A stretch of 43,346 nt of DNA from the NCBI GenBank assembly GCA_035640005.1, contig DASQWY010000169.1, positions 1 to 43,346 on the forward strand, given 5' to 3'. This document shows, one piece after another, positions 16,786-24,723 of the stretch. This DNA is from Actinomycetes bacterium (GTDB taxonomy: Bacteria > Actinomycetota > CALGFH01). Each line of letters begins with the position of its first letter. Within the stretch, counting starts at the first letter, position 1. A program made the translations under genes and the position numbers. The notes beneath the pieces are model-generated. The model was not told where the DNA came from. It saw only the letters and a program-made list of their open reading frames with translations, and searched no databases.

Positions 16786-18272
16786 GACCGCAGGCTGGCT
16801 TCCGCAACGCCCGCCTGGTACTTGCCGCCCGCCCGCGGCAGGCGCGTGAACCAGACCAGGTAGAAGCGGTGGCTCGCGCCGTCGAGGTCGACGTTGACCT
16901 GCTGGCCGGCGTCGGCCTGCTGCTTGACCGGCTGGCCCCAGCCCGCCAGCGCGTCGGGCACCTGGTCGGCGGCGTAGACCGACAGGTCCGCGCCGGGCTG
17001 GGTCAGGGTCAGGCGGAGCTGGTGGGCGGCGCGGGCCTCGGGAAGCTCCAGGATCAGGCCGACGCCCGGCTTGAGGGCGCCGAGGTTGGGGTTGTTGTAG
17101 TGCTCGGTGCTCCAGGCCGTCCCGGGGTCGCGGTCGATCGCGTTGCCGAGCTCGCTGTTGGACTCGCTCCCGTCCCCTGGCGGCGGGTCGAACGCCAGGG
17201 CCTGCGAGAACGAGATGGGCTTCGCCCCGGCGGTGGTGCCGGTGGCCTTCGTCTGCTTGGACTTCGCGCCGCCGCCGAACAGGTCCTTGACCCCGCTGCT
17301 CAGGGTGAGCCCGACCACCACCAGGATCCCGGCCAGGACCACCAGGGCGAGCGTCCAGCCCAGCCAGCGGCCCTCGTTGCGCAGGAAGCCGCGCGTGGGG
17401 ACGACCTCCTGCTCCTGCACCGGCTGGGTGGTATCGACCAGGCCGGCGGGCGGGGACCCGTCCGCGCCGGCCGCCACCCGCGCCAGCGCCGCGGCCATGG
17501 CCCTGGCGGTCGGGAAGCGGTCGTCGGGGTCCGGCGCCATCGCCCGCAGCACGACCGCGTCCAGCTCGCGGGGGACCCCGGCCACCAGCGCACGGGGCGG
17601 GACCGAGGCCACCGGGCCGGGCCCTGGCGGCCGCCCGGTGAGCATCTCGTACAGGCAGGCCCCCAGGCCGTAGACGTCGGTCCTGCCGTCCACCCGTCCG
17701 CCGTCGACCTGCTCGGGAGCCAGGTAGCCGTCCGCGCCGAGGATCTCCCCGGTGCGGCTGGGGTCGTCGTCGGTGGCGGCCCGGGCGATGGAGAAGTCGG
17801 CCACCTTCACGGTGCCGTCGTTGGCGAGCAGGATGTTGCCCGGCTTGAGGTTGCGGTGGATCACCCCGGCCTGGTGGGCGTAGTCGAGGGCGACGGTGAC
17901 CTCGCTCGCGAGGCGGGCCGCCTGGGCCGGCGGCAGCGGGCCGTGCCGGTCGAGCACCTCCCGCAGGGTCGCCCCCTCGACCAGCTCCATCACGATGTAG
18001 GCGACCCCGCCCTGCTCGCCCGTGTCGTAGAGGGCGACCACGCTGGGGTGGGTGAGGCGCGCGGCGTTGACCGCCTCCTCGTGGAAGCGGGCCTTGAAGG
18101 TCTCGTCGGCGGCCAGCTCGGGGTGGAGCACCTTGACGACCACGTCCCGCCCGAGGATGCGGTCGTGGCCCCGCCAGACGCTGGTCATGCCGCCGGTGGC
18201 GAGCTGCTCGACGAGCTCGTAGCGCTCGGCGAGCAGCCGAGGCAGACCGGAGCCGACGTGGGACATGCTCAT
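16782..18272 (-). CDS. Membrane Ser/Thr protein kinase homologue with degenerate catalytic motifs (probable pseudokinase) and an extracytoplasmic C-terminal domain
   Basis: 496 aa. Hanks-type fold (VVVKVL, HEEA, LAPEQ), but the catalytic loop is HRNLKPGN (Asn codon aac at 17850-17852), DFG reads DFS, and the glycine loop is ATGGMTSV. TM segment WLGWTLALVVLAGILVVVGLTL. About 150-aa external domain. Confidence 0.85.
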   Translation of the reverse strand: MSMSHVGSGLPRLLAERYELVEQLATGGMTSVWRGHDRILGRDVVVKVLHPELAADETFKARFHEEAVNAARLTHPSVVALYDTGEQGGVAYIVMELVEGATLREVLDRHGPLPPAQAARLASEVTVALDYAHQAGVIHRNLKPGNILLANDGTVKVADFSIARAATDDDPSRTGEILGADGYLAPEQVDGGRVDGRTDVYGLGACLYEMLTGRPPGPGPVASVPPRALVAGVPRELDAVVLRAMAPDPDDRFPTARAMAAALARVAAGADGSPPAGLVDTTQPVQEQEVVPTRGFLRNEGRWLGWTLALVVLAGILVVVGLTLSSGVKDLFGGGAKSKQTKATGTTAGAKPISFSQALAFDPPPGDGSESNSELGNAIDRDPGTAWSTEHYNNPNLGALKPGVGLILELPEARAAHQLRLTLTQPGADLSVYAADQVPDALAGWGQPVKQQADAGQQVNVDLDGASHRFYLVWFTRLPRAGGKYQAGVAEASLRS

Positions 18273-18339
18273 GGCGTGAAATACATCGGGGCATTGGACC
18301 CCGGGGGTCGCGACCCCCGGAAGTCTATCAAGGGCAGGC

Positions 18340-19455
18340 TCAGCCGGTCGGCCGGACCGCGCCGATATAGTCGCGCCGCCCGATCGAGCTGACGCGCACG
18401 CTCGCCCCGGTATAGGGCGCCTCGACCATGAGGCCGGCGCCGATGTACATGCCGACGTGGTGGATGGTGGCCGGGCTGCCGGTGTTGTGGGCGAAGAAGA
18501 CCAGGTCGCCCGGTGCCAGGCTGACCATGGCGACGTGCGGGCCGGCGTACCACTGGGCGCGGCTGGTCCGCGGCAGGTAGACCCCGGCGCGACGGTAGGC
18601 CCTCATGGTCAGGCCGGAGCAGTCGTAGGCGCGCGGGCCGGAGGCACCCCAGACGTAGGGCTTGCCACGCTGGGCGAGGGCGAAGGCGACCGCCCGCCCG
18701 GCCGCGGCGGTCGGGCTGCCGGCCGTCCCGCCCTGCCACGAGTGGCCGTGCCGGGCCGCCATGGCGGCCGCGCGCCGCCGCGCCGCCCGCTCCGCCGCCA
18801 GGCGCCTTGCCAGCGCCCGCCGCCTGAGCTCCTCCTGGCGGCGGCGCTCCTCCAGCACCGCCCGCTTGACCGCCTTGTTGACCCGGCGCAGGAAGGCGCG
18901 CTGGGCGGCCAGGTGGGACTGGATCTGGAGCTTCTGCCGCCGCAGCCGCTGCTGCAGCCGCTCCTGGCGGGCGCGCTGCGCGGTGAGCTGCTCGGCGAGG
19001 GCGGCCAGCTGGCGCTTGACCTGCTCCACCCGGTCGATCACGGCGCGGTCGTTGCCGACCACGTTCTGCTGGTACTTGGCGGTGGTGAGGGCCTCCTGGA
19101 TGCTGGTCGCGCCGAGCAGCTGCCCGAGCGCGGTGGTCGGCCCCTGGATGTAGACCGCCCGCAGCCGCTGGCCGAGCTGCTGCTGCGCGCCCGCCAGCCG
19201 CTGCTGCGCCTCGGCCTGGCGCCGCTCGGTCCGGGCCTGCTCGACCCGGGTCTTGGCGAGGGCCTCCTGGTTGGCGTCGTAGTCCTCGACCAGGCCCTCG
19301 ATCCGGTCGTTCATGCGGTCGATCGTGCGCTGCACGCGGGCGGCCTGGGCGCGCAGGCGGTGGATCTTGTGGCGTGGGGTCTCGCGCCGGGCGGCCTCGG
19401 CGGGCGAGGCGACCAGGCCGCCGAGGCCGAGCCCGGCGGCGAGCAGCAACACCAC
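18340..19455 (-). CDS. NlpC/P60-family peptidoglycan endopeptidase with N-terminal coiled coil (RipA-like)
   Basis: C-terminal PYVWGASGPRAYDCSGLTMRAY ... HHVGMYIG. Long Gln/Arg/Ala-rich coiled-coil half and a signal-like N-terminus. GTG 19455 is from the ORF track. A CTG at 19476 lies 7 nt after GGAGGA and would add RPLRVA to the signal peptide. Confidence 0.85.
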   Translation of the reverse strand: MVLLLAAGLGLGGLVASPAEAARRETPRHKIHRLRAQAARVQRTIDRMNDRIEGLVEDYDANQEALAKTRVEQARTERRQAEAQQRLAGAQQQLGQRLRAVYIQGPTTALGQLLGATSIQEALTTAKYQQNVVGNDRAVIDRVEQVKRQLAALAEQLTAQRARQERLQQRLRRQKLQIQSHLAAQRAFLRRVNKAVKRAVLEERRRQEELRRRALARRLAAERAARRRAAAMAARHGHSWQGGTAGSPTAAAGRAVAFALAQRGKPYVWGASGPRAYDCSGLTMRAYRRAGVYLPRTSRAQWYAGPHVAMVSLAPGDLVFFAHNTGSPATIHHVGMYIGAGLMVEAPYTGASVRVSSIGRRDYIGAVRPTG

Positions 19456-19625
19456 GGCAACGCGAAGCGGGCGCAGGGGGAAGTCCTCCGTAATTCGGGG
19501 CTGCGGCCGCCGGCAGTTCTCTCATCTCCAGGACCGGATTTCAAACACCTCCGGGAATTTTTTCGGCGGGCCCCGGAGGATTCGCGCGAATTCCGGAAAT
19601 TGCGCGTCCGGAAGGCCGGGCGGGG

Positions 19626-21311
19626 TCAGGGGGAGGTGCGGCGCGCCCGCCGGACCAGGCCAACCAACAACCCGAGCTCCTCGATCCGGAGCAGGCGGGC
19701 CACGCCCAGGTAGGTGCCGAGCCCGAGGGCCACCCCGGCGACGACGGTGACCAGGTCGCGGCCGAGCCCGGGCTGGCCGACCCCGCCGAGCGCGCGCACC
19801 AGCAGGGCGATCACCAGGTACATCACCAGGCCGGCGGCGAGCATGCGGGCGACCGCCCGGAGCACGCGGCGGCCGTCCAGGCCGCCGATCCGCCGCGACA
19901 GGGAGGCGAGCAGCAGGGCGGAGCCGACCGTGTAGGCGGTGGCGTGGCCGAGCGCCAGGCCCGCGATCTTCCACGGCCTCGGGAGCAGGAAGAACAGCAG
20001 CAGGTCCACGACCACGTTGGTGCCGGTCGACACGATGTTGAGCAGGAACACGGTGCGGGTGTCCTGCAGGGCGTAGAAGGCGCGCAGCAGCAGCTGGAAG
20101 GTGGAGAACGACACCAGGCCGAGCACGAACACCTCGAGGACCCGGGTGAGCAGCTGGGTGCTGGCCCCGGTGACCACCCCGTGCTCCAGCAGCAGCCGCA
20201 CGATCGGGCCCGCCAGCGCCAGGTAGCCGAGGGCCGCCGGCAGCAGCACGGCCGCGGTCAGCCGCACCCCGCGCGACAGCGTCGCCCGGAACGCGTCCCA
20301 GTCGGCGGCGACCGCGTCCTCGCTGAGCGGCGGCAGCAGCGCGGTCATCACCGACACCGCGAACACCCCGTGCGGGAGCTGGAAGAAGATGAAGGCGGTC
20401 GTGTAGGCGGTGTAGCCGCCCTGGATCCCGTAGGCGAGGATCGGGATCACCAGGTAGCCGAGCTGGTTCACCACCACGTACCCGACCGTGTAGGCCGACA
20501 GCGTGGCCATCTTGCGGATCGCCGGGTCGCGCAGGTGCCAGACCAGGTGGAAGCGGAAGCCGATGCGGCGCAGGAACGGCCACTGCACCATGGTCATCGC
20601 CACCACCCCGGCGGTGGTGCCGAGGCCGAGCAGCAGCTTCTGGCCGGTGGTCAGGTCGCCGACCTGCGGCACCCGCTGGCCCACCAGCAGGTGGAAGGCG
20701 ATCGCCACGGCCACCACGGTCAGGTTGTTCAGGATCGGGGCGAACATCGGCACGCCGAAGCGCCGGTTGGCGTTGAGCAGCCCGGTCATCACCGAGCCGA
20801 CCCCGTAGAACACGATCTGCGGCATGAACATGGCCAGCAGCTGGCCGCCGAGCCGCTGCGCCTCGGCCCGCTCGGCCGGGCTGCCGCTGTGGATGTAGAG
20901 CTTGATGATCCACGGCGCCAGCAGCACCCCGAGGACCGCGAGCAGGCCGAGGACCACCATCGCCAGGGTCATCACGGCGCGGGCGACGTGCCAGGCCTGG
21001 CGTGGGCCGCGGGTGCGCCGCACCTCCACGAACACGGGCACGAAGATCGACGTCAGGATGCCGCCCAGCACCAGCTCGTAGATGATGTTCGGGGTGGTGT
21101 TGGCGACGTTGTACACGTCGGCCAGGCGGCTCTCGCCCACGCCGATGGTGGCCACCAGCACCGTGACGCGCAGCAGGCCGGTCACCCGCGACAGCAGCGT
21201 GCCGGTGGCCATCAGCGCGGTCGAGCGGGCCAGGCTCGGCTCGGCCGGCCGCCCCCGCCCGGGACCGGCGGCCGGCGGGTCCCTCGGGGGGGTGGACCGT
21301 GGGGAGCTCAT
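19626..21311 (-). CDS. murJ: Lipid II flippase MurJ (MviN)
   Basis: 561 aa from ATG 21311. GTLLSRVTGLLR, NTTPNIIYELVLGGILTSIFVP, multiple TM helices. The ATG overlaps the upstream stop (ATGA). There is no kinase-like C-terminal domain. Confidence 0.9.
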   Translation of the reverse strand: MSSPRSTPPRDPPAAGPGRGRPAEPSLARSTALMATGTLLSRVTGLLRVTVLVATIGVGESRLADVYNVANTTPNIIYELVLGGILTSIFVPVFVEVRRTRGPRQAWHVARAVMTLAMVVLGLLAVLGVLLAPWIIKLYIHSGSPAERAEAQRLGGQLLAMFMPQIVFYGVGSVMTGLLNANRRFGVPMFAPILNNLTVVAVAIAFHLLVGQRVPQVGDLTTGQKLLLGLGTTAGVVAMTMVQWPFLRRIGFRFHLVWHLRDPAIRKMATLSAYTVGYVVVNQLGYLVIPILAYGIQGGYTAYTTAFIFFQLPHGVFAVSVMTALLPPLSEDAVAADWDAFRATLSRGVRLTAAVLLPAALGYLALAGPIVRLLLEHGVVTGASTQLLTRVLEVFVLGLVSFSTFQLLLRAFYALQDTRTVFLLNIVSTGTNVVVDLLLFFLLPRPWKIAGLALGHATAYTVGSALLLASLSRRIGGLDGRRVLRAVARMLAAGLVMYLVIALLVRALGGVGQPGLGRDLVTVVAGVALGLGTYLGVARLLRIEELGLLVGLVRRARRTSP

Positions 21312-23392
21312 GGCGAGGCGCCCTGCCCGGCCCGGCCGTCCTCGGCCGCGCGCCGGCGCCGCCTGCCGCGCCGCCACCACAGCAGCAGGAAGCCGGCCGC
21401 GCCACCGGCCAGGGCCAGGGCGACCCGGTTGAAGGCGGTCGACACCAGGGTCACCTCGGCCTCGGTGATCTGCCGCTGCTGGTCCTGGGTGAGCACCTGC
21501 ACGGCGATCCGGAAGGTGCCGGTGGTGCGGGTCTCGACCTGGACCAGCTGGGTGGTCCGCCGCCCCGGCTCCAGCACGAACGGCTGGCTGGTGGCGGGCA
21601 GGTCGACCCGCGGCGAGATCAGCCGCAGCACCACGGTCATCCGCTGGCTGCCGGCGTTGGTGACCGTGACCGGGATGGTCCCGCGGCGGGCGGTGAGGGT
21701 GGCCCGGCTCGGCTCCACCCGGACCCGGCGGTAGACGGCGCGGATGCCGCTGTCGACCGCGCGGATGAAGCCGCGGCCGCGGGGCCGGGCGGCCGCCGGG
21801 CGCCAGTCGCTCGACTCGGCGATGCGCAGGTCGCGGTCGAAGCCGTCGCTGGGCGGGTAGTCGGCGCCGACGGTCCGCAGGAAGCTGGCCAGGTTGGCGC
21901 GGCGCTGGTCGACGCCGCGCAGGTAGCTGGCGGGCAGCGCGGCCGCCGCCTCGGCGGGGGTGACCGGGGCCAGCCGGCGGACCTGGTGGTCGGGGCCCTC
22001 GGGCACGCGGCCCGCCAGCGTGGTGGCCCGCTCCAGGGTCAGCCAGGGGGCGGCGGCGAGCCCGCGGACCAGCGCCCGGAAGAACCCGGGGGCCGGCCGC
22101 CACACCTGGGGCGGAGCCAGCAGGATGCCGCGGGGCGAGGGGCTGTTCGGCCGTTCCAGCCAGGTGACCGCGGTCTCGGCCAGCACCCGCTGGGCCCAGG
22201 CGGCCGGCTCGCTGGTCGCCCGCTGGTCGGCGAGGGCCGCCTGCAGGCCCTGGTCGGGCACCAGGGCGCGCGCGGGGGTGGCGTCGCCGGCGCCGAGGCC
22301 CACGGTGGCGTTCTGGGTGGTGGGGGCGGTGCTCGGCAGCAGGGTGGGGTCGAGCACGACCACGTCGGTGCCGGTGTTGGCCAGCGTCCGCAGGGTGGCG
22401 CCGTCGACCGGTCCGCTCACCGGCCATGCCAGGCCCTGGTCGGGCGTGGTGCCAAGCGCCGACTGCAGCAGCTGCCGCCCCTGGAAGACCTGGTTGGTCG
22501 CCTCCAGCTCCAGCCCGGCCCTGACCAGGCCGGGCAGGTCGGCGGTGGCGTAGGGGAAGGCGCTCGGCTGGTTGGCGCTGGCCGCCTCCCGCAGCCGTTT
22601 CAGGAACAGGCTGGCGCCCTCGGAGCGCGGGTCGCCCGCGGCGACGGTAGTGGTGCCAGCGCCCTGCCGCAGCCGCCAGGCGCCCGCCATGGCGGCGGCG
22701 TCCTCGGCCAGCAGCGCGTCGATCACCAGCGTGACCTTGGGCGCCTTCGGCCGGTCCAGCTCGGCCGCGATCGCCCCGAGGGGCCCGGTCGGGGCGAGCT
22801 GCGCGGCCAGGCCGTCGTCGACGAACAGACCCTTGGCGTCGCGGTGGGTCGGCTCGTGCAGCGGGACCAGCATCGCGACCTGCAGCCGGCTGGCGGCCTC
22901 GGCGCGCAGCACCACCACGAAGGTGGTCAGGCTGGCCGTCACCGTGCCGGCGTCGCTGCCCGCCCGCAGTTGCACGGCGAGCGGCAGCACCGCGCCGGCG
23001 CCGTCGCCGCCGAGGCCGGGCGGCAGGGTGACGGTGCGCGCCTCCAGCCTGCTGGTGGCGCCGGCGGGGACCTCGGCGAGCGCGGGCCGCCAGGGCGGCT
23101 CGAGCGGCCGGCCGGCGGCCGGCCCGGCCGGAGCGGCCAGCAGGCTGGCCAGCGCCGAGCGGGTCTGCACGGGGGCGCCGAGCCGCGCGTCGACCTGCAG
23201 GCCGCGCAGGGCCGCCTGGCCGCGGTTGCGGACGGCCAGCTGGTAGACCAGCCGGTCGCCGGGACGGGCCCACGGCGAGATCCTGACCAGCAGCAGGTCG
23301 GCGGTGGCCTGCTGCTGGGCGGCCGCCGGCGCCACAGCCGACGCGGCGACCGTCCCGAGGACCGCCAGCGTGGCCGCCAGCCGCCGGATCAC
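21308..23392 (-). CDS. Conserved actinobacterial exported/membrane-anchored protein, Rv3909-like (I believe the DUF6049 family)
   Basis: 694 aa from GTG 23392. Signal-like VIRRLAATLAVLGTVAASAVAPAAAQ; C-terminal TM anchor ALALAGGAAGFLLLWW plus RRGRRRRR. It occupies the NUDIX-to-murJ slot held by Rv3909. Confidence 0.7.
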   Translation of the reverse strand: MIRRLAATLAVLGTVAASAVAPAAAQQQATADLLLVRISPWARPGDRLVYQLAVRNRGQAALRGLQVDARLGAPVQTRSALASLLAAPAGPAAGRPLEPPWRPALAEVPAGATSRLEARTVTLPPGLGGDGAGAVLPLAVQLRAGSDAGTVTASLTTFVVVLRAEAASRLQVAMLVPLHEPTHRDAKGLFVDDGLAAQLAPTGPLGAIAAELDRPKAPKVTLVIDALLAEDAAAMAGAWRLRQGAGTTTVAAGDPRSEGASLFLKRLREAASANQPSAFPYATADLPGLVRAGLELEATNQVFQGRQLLQSALGTTPDQGLAWPVSGPVDGATLRTLANTGTDVVVLDPTLLPSTAPTTQNATVGLGAGDATPARALVPDQGLQAALADQRATSEPAAWAQRVLAETAVTWLERPNSPSPRGILLAPPQVWRPAPGFFRALVRGLAAAPWLTLERATTLAGRVPEGPDHQVRRLAPVTPAEAAAALPASYLRGVDQRRANLASFLRTVGADYPPSDGFDRDLRIAESSDWRPAAARPRGRGFIRAVDSGIRAVYRRVRVEPSRATLTARRGTIPVTVTNAGSQRMTVVLRLISPRVDLPATSQPFVLEPGRRTTQLVQVETRTTGTFRIAVQVLTQDQQRQITEAEVTLVSTAFNRVALALAGGAAGFLLLWWRRGRRRRRAAEDGRAGQGASP

Positions 23393-23838
23393 CCGGCCGC
23401 GCCCTGCTTGGCCAGCACCTCCGGGACCAGGTCGAGCAGCCTGCGCTCGTTGGCGAAGGCCATCCGCCGCCTGGCCTCCTCGGCGGCGACCCACTCGGCC
23501 GCCTCCATCTCGGCGTCGTGGCGGGCGAAGTCGCCGCCGGTGGCGCGCATCAGGAAGTAGTGGACGAACTTGTGGTAACGGGTCTGCTCGGGCGTCCACA
23601 CGAACCAGTAGTCGATGGTGTCGAGCGGGCCGATCAGCTCGACGTCCAGGCCCGTCTCCTCACGGACCTCCCGCAGGGCGGCCTCGGTGACGGTCTCGCC
23701 CTGCTCCTGGGCGCCCTTCGGCAGGGTCCACTGCAGCACGCCCCTGGGCGAACGGTGGGCCACCAGCGCCACGGGCGCGTCGGGCCGCGGCTCGGCGAGC
23801 ACCACCCCGCCGGCCGAGACGGCCCTGGCGGTCCGCAC
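23389..23838 (-). CDS. NUDIX hydrolase (MutT4-like by position)
   Basis: 149 aa with Nudix box GAQEQGETVTEAALREVREETGL. The stop overlaps the downstream GTG (GTGA). Confidence 0.88.
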   Translation of the reverse strand: MRTARAVSAGGVVLAEPRPDAPVALVAHRSPRGVLQWTLPKGAQEQGETVTEAALREVREETGLDVELIGPLDTIDYWFVWTPEQTRYHKFVHYFLMRATGGDFARHDAEMEAAEWVAAEEARRRMAFANERRLLDLVPEVLAKQGAAG

Positions 23839-23844
23839 GGTCAG

Positions 23845-24315
23845 CTACCCATGCCTGGTCACGTCGGCCACCACCGCGCTGGTCGCCTTGACCAGGTCGG
23901 CGCCGCGCACCTTGAGGATCACCCCGGGCTCGCCGGCCGCGGTGTAGACGACGTCCTGGGCGGCGACCCGCTCGTCCACGACCAGGGTGGCGGGGCACTC
24001 CAGGGCGACGGGCGGGACGAACGCGAGCAGGTAGCCGGTCAGGCCGGGCGAGCGGCCGGGCGTGACCGGCTCCAGCCACCCGCGGCCGAGCAGCCCGGCC
24101 ACGCCGTCGGCGTCAACAAGGGCGTCGGCCGGGGCGAGCACGACCACCACGCCGTCGTCGTCGGCGAGCACGGTCGAGCGGCCGACCGCGACGGCCGGGA
24201 GCCCGAGCACACCAGGAGCCGAGGCCAGGTCACGGAGCGGGCCAGGCAGCTGGGACAGCTCGTGCACCACGTCGTCGGCGAGCAGGTGGTTGTGGACATC
24301 GATGCTGGAACGCAT
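23845..24315 (-). CDS. YbaK/EbsC-family (aminoacyl-tRNA editing domain) protein
   Basis: 156 aa. Pattern VVVLAPADALVDADGVAGLLG ... LTGYLLAFVPPVAL ... LVVDERVAAQDVVYTAAGEPGVILKV resembles the YbaK/ProX editing fold. By-eye assignment only. Confidence 0.55.
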   Translation of the reverse strand: MRSSIDVHNHLLADDVVHELSQLPGPLRDLASAPGVLGLPAVAVGRSTVLADDDGVVVVLAPADALVDADGVAGLLGRGWLEPVTPGRSPGLTGYLLAFVPPVALECPATLVVDERVAAQDVVYTAAGEPGVILKVRGADLVKATSAVVADVTRHG

Positions 24316-24429
24316 GGATCTCCAGGGCGATCACGGCGGTCGAGCGACCCGAGTATAGCCAAGCGGGCGGGGCTTCGAGCCCTGGCCTCCCGACCGCCCC
24401 GGTCCCCGAGGCGCCCCGGAGACCCTGGC

Positions 24430-24621
24430 TCAGCGCGAGCCGCCCTTGCGGCCGATACGCTGGTAGAACTCGATCCCGTAGCGCTGCTTGGTCGTCTCGC
24501 CGCCCTTCTTCCCCCCCATCCGGCCGATCTTGCCGAAGAAGTCGTCGCCGTAACGCTTCTTCGTCGTCTGGCCACCCTTGCGACCCGCCTCGGCACGGCT
24601 CATCTTCCTGGTGTCGACCAT
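24430..24621 (-). CDS. KGG-repeat general stress protein
   Basis: 63 aa from ATG 24621, with GGGAGG 7 nt upstream. Repeats GRKGGQTTKKRYG, GRMGGKKGGETTKQRYG and GRKGG. Confidence 0.75.
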   Translation of the reverse strand: MVDTRKMSRAEAGRKGGQTTKKRYGDDFFGKIGRMGGKKGGETTKQRYGIEFYQRIGRKGGSR

Positions 24622-24649
24622 CCGACCACCTCCCGTGGTTCCCTGTCGG

Positions 24650-24676
24650 TTGCCCTGCCTGTATTTCCCATAAACC
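24650..24676 (-). promoter_or_regulatory. Candidate SigF/SigB-type stress promoter for the KGG gene
   Basis: Minus strand reads GGTTT-atgggaaatacaggca-GGGCAA (16-nt spacer). The -10 element ends 29 nt before the ATG. The -10 differs from the GGGTAT-type consensus at two positions. Confidence 0.35.
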
Positions 24677-24723
24677 ACCTGAACCGGTCCGGGGCCGAAT
24701 CGGATGGCCGGTATCCTGCCGGT

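Noticed and set aside
19456-19625. c-di-AMP (ydaO-type) riboswitch upstream of the NlpC/P60 gene, a common association in actinobacteria
   Set aside because: Fragments resembling CGAAUCC, GAAAUCC and ACGGAGGAC are present. However, their order and spacing do not match the pseudo-two-fold ydaO architecture as I remember it, and the CCCGAACCCGACAGCUAAC-type segment is absent. A covariance-model search would settle it; I do not call it.
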